From NCBI GenBank assembly GCA_032718475.1, contig JAUCBJ010003953.1, forward strand, positions 63,154 through 127,153: a stretch of DNA of 64,000 bases, read 5' to 3'. Origin of the DNA: Nemertoderma westbladi (taxonomy: Eukaryota; Animalia; Xenacoelomorpha). The notes beneath the pieces are model-generated. The model searched no databases and was not told the DNA's origin. It saw only the letters and a list, made by a program, of their open reading frames with translations. The position numbers and the translations under genes were made by a program. Below are positions 1 to 14,180 of the stretch, one piece after another; positions within the stretch are counted from its first letter, which is position 1; each line of letters starts with the position of its first letter.

Positions 1-654
1 AAGAATGCGTTACCCATGGGGCATCCAATTCCTTTACCATGTCAACTGGTGCGTGACTTTGGCGACGGATTACCACAGAGCTTCCCTTAGCCGGATCAAC
101 TCATTGCAACGGCTAACATTTACATCAATTAATTCGAAGAATAAACATAACGGGGAATTCCGTTCATTTAAGGCGATCTAATAAGATATTTTATGCGTAT
201 AAATCTTGGACGAGCCACGAATTTCGTGAGCCTCTTTGAAATCAGCATTGTCCGTCGGTCTTTCTGCCGTCCGTTACAAGATTTCAACGACAATTTGAAA
301 TGAAAACATGACATAAAATGTTTCACATTTGCAAATGCCAGAGAAATTCTCTCAGATCAGAGAGGGCACCGCAATGAGTAGCAAACATTCAAAATAAACA
401 TTCTTAAACTTAGTTTGATAGTTGAGATAACTTATATAACTTATCTATTATTGTAAATTATCTACAATTTGAAGAATATGATTACCATTATTACGCAATT
501 AAAATGTAGGGTTCACGTATATTTTAAAATTTTTTTTCAAAAATTTTTTTTTTAAATAATTCTTAGCCGCAGCTAACTGTAGGCTCAGAATATAAAACGA
601 AATTCGGAAAGTACCAGTACTGCTATTCCTATGCATAAAAATTCAAATTTATGG

Positions 655-1670
655 ATCTAGGACACTTCCCCCCGGACAGTTCCCCCCGGGACACTTCCCC
701 CCGGACAGTTCCCCCCGGGACACTTCCCACCGGACAGTTCCCCCCCCCCCAGACACTTCCCCCCCGGACAGTTCCCCCCCGGACACTTCCCCACGCCCAA
801 GTAGGACGCTTCCCCCCCGGACACTTCCCCCCGGACACTTCCTCCCGGACACTTCCCCCCCAGTTAAAGTGTTAAAATTAATCTGGGTGCATCAAAGCAA
901 TAAACAAAAGTTAAAGATGGTTACAGGACAAGTTGTATCTAGACAAGTTTTTTCAAAATTATAAAAGAAACATTTTTATTGTCAAATTTTGTTTGTTTTT
1001 CTTTTAATTGGGGGTGCCGCCCCTAAACCCCGGCATTTCCTTGTGTGCCCGTGGTGAAAGACTTTAGGACCATTTTGAAAAAATTAATTCATGTTTGTAT
1101 CATCAGGCCGGGAAATTTAATTAATTTATCAATATGTAATGCTGAACACAGAATACAGGTCGACGCATGTCGATTTTACCCTGGAAAGGTATAATTTTGA
1201 TTGCAACAATAATATTCATCAACATCTGCTACAATTTGAAGAAGACTATTACATAATAATACCTATAATTAAAACAATTTATTATTATAATTCTATAGTT
1301 AATAAAAACAGTATATCTTTCGGGGGATGGAATTTATAGGACATCTAATTAATTGTTTAAAGATTAGCAAACAATACGATGTAATTGCATTGATAAAATC
1401 GATGAAAAGAAATAAAAAATTGATACAACTTGTCTGGATACAAGCGGTCCGTTTAACTTACAAAATGAAAAATAAGAATGTGCGAAGTTAAGAACAGTCG
1501 GGGGGGGGGTGTCCGGGGGAGAACTGTCTGGGGGGAAAGTGTCCGGGGGAGAAGTGTCTGGGGGAGAAGTGTCCGGGGGAGAAGTGTCTGGGGGGGAAGT
1601 GTCCGGGTGGAAGTGTCCTATTTGAACGGGGGGGGGGGGGGGGACTGTCCGGGGGGAAGTGTCCGCACAC
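655..1670. mobile_element. Non-autonomous foldback/MITE-like element with inverted arrays of GGACA(C/G)TTCCCCCC
   Basis: C-rich array at 655-861 and its reverse complement at 1495-1668; inner inverted motif acaagttgtatc (928) / gatacaacttgt (1422). Confidence 0.7.
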
Positions 1671-3240
1671 CCAAATTTATAATATAGGCATGATGACGTA
1701 TCAAACGCTTGACTCCATAAAAGGAAGAAGAAGTGGTGCGAACATCACAGAACCATCCATAATTTTCTGGAATTGGCTTCGCTTAATCATTCGTTTATAT
1801 TTAATTTGACAGCATCTATTAATTAAATCCCAGCAAACTGAAAATGTACCCCGGTTGTATCTGTAAGTTTAACTTTCTTTTCGAAACGATTTGCTATCAA
1901 TTCAATCTCGCAAGCCTTTCGAGAGAAGAGAGGGATCCCGCGGGATCTCCCGAGAAGGGGCCCGCGCATCAACCCTAAATAAAATCCATCAATCGCTCGG
2001 GAACACACGGCGCTGCCAGCGAACGTGAGCGAGGGAATCTGATAAGAAGGCAAGGCCTGCCTACTAAGCTTTATTATCGAAACACGAAACTCTAACTCGG
2101 GCTGGATCGAGTGGACATGCGTGCGGATGGTAGATACACGGAAGGGAAGGGATGAGAGCTTATTGGAGGCTTAGGGAGGCCGCCACCGATATATCGTGGA
2201 CAGGAATAATCCCTGAGGAATAACGTAGGGCAGAATGGCCAGTGTGATCAATAAACTACGTAGTGCATTAGGTAAGGTAGCAATAGAAGCGTGCCGCGAG
2301 AAACGATGCTGAATTTAGCGAGATAAAGAGAGTAGTATAGTTAAGGTTGCGTTTATGCTTGCCCCTCACTCCTTTTGGGCGACTGACGTAGCCCCCCCAG
2401 CTAATGTACGTACATTCCCGCAAGTCTCTTAGCATCTCCTCCCCCAAACATCTTGTGATACCCTACACTTCGGATGCAAGCAACAGGCATCAGATATGGA
2501 TGTATTCATATATAATCCATGGGATGCTAAATGGATAAATACACGGTACTGGGTTGCCTTTGTGTTCATTCTGCGTGACATAGCAACTGGCGAGCATATA
2601 AATATCAAACCATTATCGCCGTTTGATAAACATGGGTAGGGACTACTAGCACACTACAACTATAGGCAGTGCTCCTATAATGGAAACACGCGGATTCGGT
2701 GTCCAGCATTTATGGTCAAAATATAAAAATACTATTGTTTTGCAGAATATTTCAGCGCTTGATTGCACCTTGTAAGTGTCATATGAATGTCCCGCTGTGT
2801 TCAATGGATTCGTCTGGGAGCGGGTAAGGTGCATCATAGCTATCATCATCGTGAACAATGGCAAACTGGCAAGAATAACAATCAATTAAAACATCTCACT
2901 GGGATTCCCCGCCAACACTGGCGATGATTTGCGTGGAATGCGCTTTTATTTATGATTTATTATTTATGATTTTTTTCAAACTTCTCAAGTTTCATGCGTT
3001 TTCTTATTGGACTTTACTTATTGATGCTATAAACACCATAAAAGTAAAAGTGCTACTAAGAAAGGTAATACCATTAACCTGAACATCAGTACAATATGCA
3101 TAATTCGAATGTTCAATTCATTTTGTAATGTAATTTAAATGTAATTATGATGTGTTATGACCTGAGTTTACATAGTACCGAGCGTGCGCAACGAGGGAGG
3201 TTCACATCACAATTCGTAATTTTGTTATATTGTCAACTAA

Positions 3241-3547
3241 AGGCCATGATACACCACAGGAGCGGCGAGCGGCAGCGGCGGGCGGCCGCGGTGAGCGGCG
3301 ACTTTTAGTATGATACACTATAGGAGCGGCGAGCGGCAGCGGCGGGCGACCGCGGCGAGCGGCCGATGTGAGCGGCGACTTTTAGTATGATACACTATAG
3401 GAGCGGCGAGCGGCAGCAGCCACTTGTGGTGTATCATCACCCATAAAAAATAATGTGTTCTATTTTTAAAAAGTGGCCGCACGCCGCGGCCGCTCGCCGC
3501 TGCCGCTCCCTGCTGCCGCTCGCCGCTCATGTGGTGTATCATGGCCT
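3241..3547. mobile_element. MITE (PIF/Harbinger-like) with ~37-bp TIRs
   Basis: aggccatgatacaccacaggagcggcgagcggcagc ... gctgccgctcgccgctcatgtggtgtatcatggcct, flanked by TAA/TTA; internal subrepeats. Confidence 0.85.
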
Positions 3548-3724
3548 TTAGGAACAATAATAAAATTATTATCCTTTTTATGCAATTAATTGAGGTTACT
3601 GTAACAACTGTAGGCCTACTAGAAATAATCTTACACTTGGCCAACAATGGCTATTATAAATGGAGAATACTCGGTTGTGTTCTAGAAATTTATTGTTACT
3701 ATGGCTCTACGTTTCATGGAATGG

Positions 3725-4205
3725 AATAAAATGTCATTCTAGAATTGTTATCTTGTTGTTGTCAAGGAACTAGGTGAATGATTAAAATTTGCGCGCCAGT
3801 ATTTTCCAGACGACGATGGATTCTGTTCTTGAGATTTTTATAAGTGAGTAAAGGGAATAAAATAATATCAAAATACATTTTAATTTGTTTAGATTACCGT
3901 TGCCAAGGTAATAAGTATAATTACAAATTGTAATAATTGTTTACCGTTTTTATTCGGTTTGTAATAATAATAATAAGTATAATAATAAGAAATAATAAGT
4001 AGGAAAAGTATGGCAAAGTATGGCAAAGTAACGTTTACAAAAGTCACCGTAGAAACGTGATCATAAAAATATTCAATTTACTCAACTACCAAAACTCAAG
4101 AACAGAATCCCCCGTCATCTCGAATTAAAAGCGCGCAAAGTTTGAACTTTGCACCCCTTACCTTAGCAACAACAAGATACAAATTCCAGAAATACATTTT
4201 ATGAC
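3725..4205. mobile_element. Old degenerate inverted-repeat element
   Basis: atcttgttgttg..gcgcgc..gattctgttcttgag (about 3750-3835) mirrors ctcaagaacagaatc..gcgcgc..caacaacaagat (about 4094-4180). Confidence 0.55.
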
Positions 4206-4894
4206 ACTTCTATGAAGTTTAGTCATCATATCCACCTAACCGAAGTAGCATATAATCAGTTTCTAAGGGAATATTATGAAACAAGTTCGATAAATAGGAA
4301 AATTATCTGCCCATCCTAATTTCAGCAATCAGCACGCTGCATGATATTTAGTACCGGTACACCTTAGCCGTAACACTGTAAAGTGGTACTTCGCTGCGTT
4401 TCATGGATTGCACCAGAACGCTGATAGAAATTGACATAATGTCAAAAAGTAAATAATACCTTAATTAATTGATTTTGATTGACTACAACAATGTAATATT
4501 TGTCAAATACAAAGCACAAGTTTTGCCTTTATTACACTAGGTTTGCAACCGTGCTTGTGGCACGGAATGTCCAGTATGATATCATTATCCCTACGTAGCA
4601 ATTAACTAAATGGATTCTATAGATCCGACCTTGCCTGGTTGGTACCCGTCATAATTTATCAGGAATATTTTGTGAGGTCAAATTGTGGAAACCCGTATCT
4701 ACCGCGATACTTCGCAGGGAATGCCTGTCAGAATAAAAAATAAAGGGAGGATATATGCGAGGTCGAGAGCAACAGGAAATTGGGTTTCAGAAAACCAAAT
4801 GGCAATGGGTCGAGGGAGAATCTCTCCCGTGCTAATCCCAGATGTCACAAGCATTGGGCGTCAAAACATCTATGTCTCCAATTAATAAACGATT

Positions 4895-6420
4895 CCAATA
4901 AAGATTTTGGCAACAAAAAATATATTCCGGCCAATTCCAGAAACTACGATGTCTTTGGCAACAAAAAATAAATTCCGGCCAATTCTAGAAACTACGATGT
5001 CTTTGGCAACAAAAAATATATTCCGGCCAATTCTAGAAACTACGATGACTTTGGCAACAAAAAATAAATTCCGGCCAATTCTAGAAACTACGATGACTTT
5101 GGCGACAAAAAATAAATTCCGGCCAATTCTAGAAACTACGATGTATTTGGCAACAAAAAATAAATTCCGGCCAATTCTAGAAACTACGATGACTTTGGCA
5201 ACAAAAAATAAATTCCGGCCAATTCTAGAAACTACGATGTCTTTGGCAACAAAAAATATATTCCGGTCCAATTCCAGAAATTACGATGTCTTTGGCAACA
5301 AAAAATATATTCCGGTCCAATTCTAGAAACTACGATGACTTTGGCGACAAAAAATAAATTCCGGCCAATTCTAGAAACTACGATGTCTTTGGCAACAAAA
5401 AATATATTCCGGCCAATTCTAGAAACTACGATGACTTTGGCAACAAAAAATAAATTCCGGCCAATTCTAGAAACTACGATGTCTTTGGCAACAAAAAATA
5501 TATTCCGGCCAATTCTAGAAACTACGATGACTTTGGCAACAAAAAATAAATTCCGGCCAATTCTAGAAACTACGATGACTTTGGCAACAAAAAATAAATT
5601 CCGGCCAATTCTAGAAACTACGATGTCTTTGGCAACAAAAAATATATTCCGGCCAATTCTAGAAACTACGATGACTTTGGCAACAAAAAATAAATTCCGG
5701 CCAATTCTAGAAACTACGATGACTTTGGCGACAAAAAATAAATTCCGGCCAATTCTAGAAACTACGATGTATTTGGCAACAAAAAATAAATTCCGGCCAA
5801 TTCTAGAAACTACGATGACTTTGGCAACAAAAAATAAATTCCGGCCAATTCTAGAAACTACGATGTCTTTGGCAACAAAAAATATATTCCGGTCCAATTC
5901 CAGAAATTACGATGTCTTTGGCAACAAAAAATATATTCCGGTCCAATTCTAGAAACTACGATGACTTTGGCGACAAAAAATAAATTCCGGCCAATTCTAG
6001 AAACTACGATGTATTTGGCAACAAAAAATAAATTCCGGCCAATTCTAGAAACTACGATGACTTTGGCAACAAAAAATAAATTCCGGCCAATTCTAGAAAC
6101 TACGATGACTTTGGCAACAAAAAATATATTCCGGCCAATTCTAGAAACTACGATGTATTTGGCAACAAAAAATAAATTCCGGCCAATTCCAGAACCTACG
6201 ATTACTTTGGCAACAAAGAATATATTCCGGCCAATTCCAGAAACTACGATGTCTTTGGCAACAAAAAATATATTCCGGTCCAATTCCAGAAACTACGATG
6301 ACTTTGGCAACAAAAAATATATTCCGGCCAATTCTAGAAACTACGATGACTTTGGCAACAAAAAATATATTCCGGTCCAATTCTAGAAACTACAGTACGA
6401 TGTCTTTGGCAACAAAAATG
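4895..6420. repeat. 48-bp tandem satellite (~31 copies)
   Basis: Unit ggcaacaaaaaataaattccggccaattctagaaactacgatgacttt; a 49-bp variant pair recurs about 626 bp apart (higher-order duplication). Confidence 0.97.
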
Positions 6421-6911
6421 TCACTAGAGTCTTTTGAATTAACTGTGAACAGATAGTGAGATAGAAGAGCAGCAAGTGTACCGTTGAGTGTGATGTGTGA
6501 ATGGGCTCCGGGTAGTGTAACACTGGCTTACCGCTTTAGCACCTTAGACTAACCATTGGGACCAAACTACCTTTCAACGAGTAGTTTAACCGCCCTTGGG
6601 GTTATACATAGTGAGATGCATGAGAGGTTTGTTACATATGAACGACAGAATAAAAACATGATAAGTAATATACTGTACAACAAGTAAAATACAGTTAATT
6701 GTAATGTTACGAAATAATTACTGATGACAAGCCTCTGTGTAATAAAAAAAAAGTGTAATATATTTTAGGTGGAAAATCTCAACCCCAAAACGAAATTCTC
6801 GACCCAAAATTAGCAGTGGTTTTATAACAAGCGGATTGGGAGAGTAAAATTACTGTACTAAGTAGGCCTACATAAATATGAGATTGAGAAGACCACAGTA
6901 TACATTATTAT

Positions 6912-7435
6912 CATTTTCGTTGGGAACAGCTTAGGAAATTCGGCAATGACGTACAGGTGGGATCGAACTTGTGACCTCAACTATGGAAGTCTGACGCTCT
7001 AACCATTCAGCTAGCGGCTCAGGTAAAAGGTAGACCTGGAAATACTACCTGATACCTTGTATGTCAGCAGTTTACCTCCTTGTGGTCTCCATTGTCCTGC
7101 TAGAATTGGTATTTAGAGTGTATTATGAATATTACAGGCCGTGAAGGTTCATGGTTAATATACCCTACCATTTAATTGTAGTAAGTGGCTGAAGACGGTA
7201 AGGTAGGCAGGTACTGTAGGGTTGAGCACAGTGGCAGCAGATGATGGTATGGGTATTGACAGATGCGAGGCCATGAAGGGGGAAATACAATGTACCGGGT
7301 AGTATTTCCAGGTCTATCGTTTACCTGAGCCGCTAGCTGAATGGTTCGAGCGTCAGACTCCCATCATTGAGATCACCTGTTCGATCCCACCTGGACGTCT
7401 CTGCAGACTTTGCTAAGCTGTGCCCAACAAAAGTT
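6912..7435. mobile_element. Palindromic element with ~140-bp arms, each containing a tRNA-Gly-like sequence
   Basis: 6912-7050 is the approximate reverse complement of 7298-7435. A-box tagctgaatggt and B-box gttcgatcc occur in both arms; anticodon-like CCC (right arm) and TCC (left arm). Confidence 0.75.
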
Positions 7436-8536
7436 ACAACAATATGAAACCAGTCATTCACCCAAACATACATACAATACAAACATACAATACAATACAA
7501 TACATGTATAGTATACATTACATTACAGTATACATGGATATTTGAACAACGCTGCCCAGGCTGAAGTACAAATTAACTACTGTAGGCTTATAATCAGTTA
7601 GATACTGTAAGGACCGGTTATGTCGATTTTTCTTAACCAAAAATAAAAGTTCACGAGTAAAATTGCTTACCGATAGATCTAAACGAGTTCATCCCATCCC
7701 GTTGAGAAGAGACGTTATTAAATATTATTGAATAATAATTCTGAAATAATTGAAAATAATAACTGAATAGTTGTTGAATTAAATTACTCCCGTTCATTTC
7801 TCGATCCATCCCCGACCCTACCATACACTGTAGGCTGTTGCCTCCCTACTGTGTCCCGAACAACGATAATTTATAAACAAAAATGAATTCCATTTCAATA
7901 AAATATACAAAACGAATATTTAATGTGCAGTAGCTTGACCACGCCTACGCACGCAGCCTAAACTAGCCACGAGCCGCTTTTAAAATATACCGGTACCCGT
8001 CAATCTATCCGCGGGCCTTTCTAATCAAAACAATAAACTATTGAATTTTCAATTGAGTGGTGGCAGTAGGTTAGAGAGACGGGCTTTTTCAACCAAAACA
8101 ATAAACAAACATTACCTATTGAGGGAAAAGAGCAGGTTACTAAGGCATGCTTTTCTAACCAAAACAATATAACGATGTCGTCCAGATATTCACTGGTATC
8201 ATAATAGAAGTAAACAAAACGTACTTTAAAAGCTAGGCCACAGTGATAACATTCTGAATTTACAAAATTAATTAGCAGAATATACGAAAAGACGGCCAAA
8301 ATATTTTAAATAGCGGACATATATAATTACTTTGTTCAAAATTCATCCCTCTCCGGGGTAAAACACCGAAATATCAGAACAGTTGAGCTGAATGTGCTGT
8401 CGACTTTCGCTTATTGCTTAGGTTAGAATAACGTGCTACTTTAACCTGAACCTGCTCCTTTCCATTAATTAATCATTATACTGTAGTTAATTTGCCGAGA
8501 CGAGTTATAAATTGCCGAATTGGGGGAATCGTCAAG

Positions 8537-8568
<32 letters not shown>

Positions 8569-8784
8569 ACCCACTTCTCACTACTATTATTACTGCCTGC
8601 ACATGTACTTTGAGTAAATAATGGGTAACCGGTACATCAAATATTTAACATACCGCTTTATGTGTGTAACTTGAATTGAATGGGTCCTCAGAATAATGCC
8701 ATGAATAACATTAATACTAATTGTATAGGAGTGAATGGGATAGCGACCGAACACTTATTGACCATCCGCATAGCTGATAGGGAG

Positions 8785-9455
8785 GGAGATAGAGCGAGAG
8801 AGAGGGAGAAGAGGGAGTGATGGAGGGAGTGGGGAGAGCGGTGGGTGTTGCGATGGTGGTGGGAGTGGGGAGTAGGGAGAGCTGTGTGCGGTGGTTATCT
8901 GAGGGAGTAGGGAGAGCGGTGGGTGGTGGGATGGTGGTGGGAGTGGGGAGTAGGGAGAGCGGTGGGTGGTGGGATGGTGGTGGGAGTGGGGAGTAGGGAG
9001 AGCGGTGGGTGGTGGGATGGTGGGGGGGGGGGGGGGTGGGGAGTAGGGAGAGCGGTGGGTGGTGTGATGGTGGTGGGATGGTGGTGGGAGTGGGGAGTAG
9101 GGAGAGCGGTGGGTGGTGGGATGGTGGTGGGAGTGGGGAGTAGGGAGAGCTGTGTGCGGTGGTGATCGGAGGGAGTAGGGAGAGCGGTGGGTGGTGCAAT
9201 GGTGGTGGGAGTAGGGAGAGCGGTGGGTGGTGCGATGGTGGTGGGAGTGGGGAGTAGGGAGAGCTGTGTGCGGTGGTGATCGGAGGGAGTAGGGAGAGCG
9301 GTGGGTGGTGCAATGGTGGTGGGAGTAGGGAGAGCGGTGGGTGGTGCGATGGTGGTGGGAGTGGGGAGTAGGGAGAGCGGTGGGTGGTGGGATGGTGGTG
9401 GGAGTGGGGAGTAGGGAAAGCGGTGGGTGGTGGGATGGTGGGTGTGCGGTGGTGA
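8785..9455 (+). repeat. G-rich ~43-bp tandem repeat with G-quadruplex potential
   Basis: gggagtggggagtagggagagcggtgggtggtgggatggtggt units. Confidence 0.93.
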
Positions 9456-12400
9456 TGGCTGCGAACCTAAGTCTCCATCAAGCTAATTTAGGTCCTCAAA
9501 TTAATGGTGTTGTTACATCAAGGGGAAATTAGATCCTCTTGTGACGAATTGGATGCCCCTTAGGGAGAGGTAAGGTCCACTGCGCGTCTTGCGTAGAGTA
9601 ATAAAAGACCATTCTGTAGTAGTTCAGCATGCTACATGACTCGACCCATACTAAACTTGAAGTTTGAACTAAAATAATGTCGTGGTATTCTTTGTTTTAC
9701 GTGTCAAATCGTATAAGATAAGGTGGCAGAGTCAATAAACTTATATATTACACTAGTAACGGTATTTAACTTTGCTGCAAAGCCGACTTCTAACAATGAA
9801 CTGACTGTACAAATTATTTATCTAACAAATTTTTTATATTTACAGGGAAATGACAGCCTATAATTTACTACAATGTGACCAACGACTGACAAAACTAAGA
9901 TTATAAGATTGTTTACATGTATTTTTCACTCGTACAGTTGGTTTATGTAAACATCCCTCGCTACGCTCGCTCGGCACATAAATATACTCGCATCATAACG
10001 CTGAATAGTGCTACCGGTACTTTTCACACAGTGATGTAATTACTATATACGTCATTGTTCATAAAGTAGCACTTTATACCCTTACGGCACTAGTGGCGAC
10101 AGGGAGAAAAAATAACAAAATGAGGACCCTAATAACGTTTTAAGTGGAGGCAAAAAAGTTCACTTTTTTGTCGAGTGTTATCATTTGGAGAGCGTAGCGA
10201 GACAAATAAGAAAGCAAGACAAAAAATGTTACTTTTTTCCACCACTTACGTCGTTTTATTTGTCTTATTCGTTTATTAGTCTTCTCTCACTTTTATCGGG
10301 GCCTATTTCAGCATAAATATCGTCCATCGAAGCTTCTTCCATAGTGAAATACGATGATATTTGATATTATAATATATGATATTTTTATTCGTTATGATAT
10401 TATAATATTGTAGAATATTAAATAACCTGTGGATACCATCAGCGCTATCTATTTAAATGTAATATTATTAATAATGTCTTGGAAATTACTTTGAAATTTA
10501 ATTCGAACATTACTTTTTTTGTTGACAAAAAGTGTCCTTTTATTGTCAAACTTGTTAACGAATTTGACAAAAATGTGACTTACATCTTAAAGTGCTATTA
10601 TGGAAAATAGCAAATCAAATTTTATTTATTTGTAGGTCGATAATACATGTATGGAAGCGCCGGTGTTACGAATTACACACATTTCGTATGTTTTTGTATA
10701 ATAATTTAGTGCCTTTTCTACGAGTACGGGCTATATTAAGGTACAGTATGACGGGGTGACATACTGGACGAACATCGAAAACGCGTGGGGTAATGAATAA
10801 ACTTAGAAATAATATCACAATGGCACTAAAATAATATCTTGCGCTGCTCGACTTGGTAGTGCGAAATTAATTCCACACAAATAAATCAATATTAATTTCA
10901 TTGAGAACAAAAATATAAAAATAATAGTGCTTATTCACAGCACAACAGTGTAGGTTATTTTTCTATAGCACTGTGGTGCACTTACCTAACGGACCTAAAC
11001 CTACTACGGAGTGTATTCTTCTGTAAGAATCAGCTACAAAAGTAATTGAACGACGGTGATTAATTGAATCTACAACAATCGCCTGGCCCTCTGTATATAA
11101 CGATTATCTCATTTTTTTACAGCTTCCAAAAATAGTGGAACATCACAGATACAGTGTTACAGAATAAATGTAAAATTGCAATGAAAAAATTTTGTTATAT
11201 ATAAAATTGAGTAGTTGGATTGTTGCAGGACTATTTAACTAACAAAGATAAAATAAAATACCTTGGTGTGCAGTAAAGAGTAAGCAAACAGTCCAACACG
11301 GGCACTAAACGCGGGAACCTGAGTTATATACATGCCTGCACGCGGATGGGCAGCGAAAGGGTAACCCTGGCAACTGACGCCGTATCTCAGCGAATCAGAT
11401 CATGCCGGTGATGGGAGAAGATGGATACTGTGTGGCGCTCTAGTAAGTGACAATTCTTGTGGGAGACCGACAGAATGTGTAAGTCCGAATCGAATACATG
11501 AGCCGAGAATTAAAAGCAAACTCAACGCAAAACAAATAATAATATCACTATAAAAGCTCTTCATATACCGGATGTTTCTTTCTCTCCTAATTGTCATCTG
11601 GGTAGTTTTCTCGCCGACGGGGGCTACGTGTCTTAGACAGATGATACATGTCCTGCCCAGCCATGCGTGTAGCGCAGGAGGCCTGCAAACGTGTCTCCTT
11701 ACAAATAGAGAAACCCGATGTTCATATATTCATCATCTCAACATAAAATAAGATGCGAAAATCTACGAATTTCATATTCCTCACGCGTTGCGCATTGAAC
11801 GCTTGAAGGTCCGTTCATATGTTCCAGTATATTATACTGTACAGTATAACAATCAACCATGGATGTCTCCTCAATCTATGACGCAGCAACTAAATTGTAA
11901 ATGTAACCTCACACTCCCTGGGGATATATTACCTACTGTACAAACGTTTGTAAGTGTAGCCACAAACACGTAGTTCTATAAAAACGACAAGAGAAAACTT
12001 GATTATTCAGCAACGAGAGATTGCGTACCAAAGGAATATAGAAAAAACCCCCGAGGTGTGGTGGTTGATTAATGAAGTCGTCCTATGCGCTCAGCGTGCA
12101 GGCAGTTCCCCGCAGTGGACCGGCATTGAGATCGTCAGTTCGGGCGCGATATGCAGGGAATATTACGAGGAAAACAGTTCAATACGGATCCATACAACAA
12201 ACACGAGGTTGGTTGACACGGCAGTTCTGAGCAAACAAAAAGGAACAGACACCATCAAGGTGATGATGAAATAAAAGCAATAATATCACCTTCCGCATGA
12301 TGTATAAATTTGTGCGACTTACAGATCTCACTTCTCATAAAAAAACCTAGAAGATACATTATTATAAAAGTAAATAGGGGTGTACATGCTTGATGAGGTA

Positions 12401-12749
12401 TTCAAAAATTAAACCGTATTAGGATAAATAAAGGGAAAAGGTCCCATAGGGAAGGGACCTTTTCCCCTTAGCGCTTATAAAAATTTTTTTTACAAAAGTA
12501 ACAGTAATTGTAAAGTGTGATATAAATTACTAGGGACTGTTACACCTACAGCTGACATTGTTAAGACGAGGGCCTAGCCCACATCTACAACCAAACCAAC
12601 AATCATATTAAAATCTCCAGAAGACCCCAGACCCAAATCACGTTCCAACGTAACCTTGGGTAAGGTATCCACAGAATGTTTCAATAAACTTAATTAAAAT
12701 CACTTTATTCGAAAATGGGAATATCATGTAACTCAACGGAATGTATATT

Positions 12750-14180
12750 ATGTAGAACTATACAAAATACAGAACTATACAGGACGTCTAACTTTATGCG
12801 ACGTGTGAGTATGTAGAACTATACAGGACGTCTAACTTTATGCGACGGTTGAGTATGTAGAACTATACAGGACGTCTAACTTTATGCGACGGGTGAGTAT
12901 GTAGAACTATCCAAAATACAGAACAATACAGGACGTCTAACTTTATGCGACGGGTGAGTATGTAGAACTATACAGGACGTGTTACTTTATGCGACAGGTG
13001 GGTATGTAGAACTATACAAGACGTCTAACGTTATGCGACGGGTGAGTATGTAGAACTATACAAAATACAGAACTATACAGGACGTGTTACTTTATGCGAC
13101 AGGTGAGTATGTAGAACTATAGGCCTACAGGACGTCTAACTTTATGCGACGGGTGAGTATGTAGAACTATACAAGGCGTCTAACTTTATGCGACGGTTGA
13201 GTATGTAGAACTATACAGGACGTCTAACTTTATGCGACGGGTGAGTATGTAGAACTATACAGGACGTGTTACTTTATGCGACAGGTGGGTATGTAGAACT
13301 ATACAAGACGTCTAACTTTATGCGACGGGTGAGTATGTAGAACTATACAGGACGTGTTACTTTATGCGACGGGTGAGTATGTAGAACTATACAAATTACA
13401 GAACTATACAGGAGGTCTAACTTTATGCGACGGGTAAGTATGTAGAACTATAGGCCTACAGGACGTCTAACTTTATGCGACGGGTGAGTATGTAGAACTA
13501 TACAGGACGTCTAACTTTATGCGACGGGTAAGTATGTAGAACTATAGGCCTACAGGACGTCTAACTTTATGCGACGGGTGAGTATGTAGAACTATACAGG
13601 ACGTGTTACTTTATGCGACAGGTGGGTATGTAGAACTATACAAGACGTCTAACTTTATGCGACGGGTGAGTATGTAGAACTATACAAGGCGTCTAACTTT
13701 ATGCGATGGGTAAGTATGTAGAACTATGCAGGACGTGGTACTTTATGCGACGGGTGAGTATGTAGAACTATACAAATTACAGAACTATACAGGAGGTCTA
13801 ACTTTATGCGACGGGTAAGTATGTAGAACTATAGGCCTACAGGACGTCTAACTTTATGCGACGGGTGAGTATGTAGAACTATACAGGACGTCTAACTTTA
13901 TGCGACGGGTAAGTATGTAGAACTATAGGCCTACAGGACGTCTAACTTTATGCGACGGGTGAGTATGTAGAACTATACAGGACGTCTAACTTTATGCGAC
14001 GGGTGAGTATGTAGAACTATACAGGACGTCTAACTTTATGCGACGGGTGAGTATGTAGAACTATACAGGACGTCTAACTTTATGCGACGGGTGAGTATGT
14101 AGAACTATACAGGACGTCTAACTTTATGCGATGGGTAAGTATGTAGAACTATGCAGGACGTGGTACTTTATGCGACGGGT
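12750..14180. repeat. 44-bp tandem satellite (~30 copies)
   Basis: Unit atgtagaactatacaggacgtctaactttatgcgacgggtgagt, with +6 (ggccta) and +17 variants. Confidence 0.97.

Noticed and set aside
1690-2490. GC-richer block with faint similarity to 11600-12300 and 48100-48330
   Set aside because: Similarity is limited to short words; no ORF, LTR or TIR could be supported by eye
4882-6386. MTLATKNKFRPILETT repeat proteins, or a CRISPR-like array
   Set aside because: Head-to-tail 48-bp satellite with no unique spacers, no cas genes and frame-breaking 49-bp units
6955-7395. Two functional tRNA-Gly genes
   Set aside because: Acceptor and anticodon stems pair poorly and both lie in the arms of a palindromic repeat
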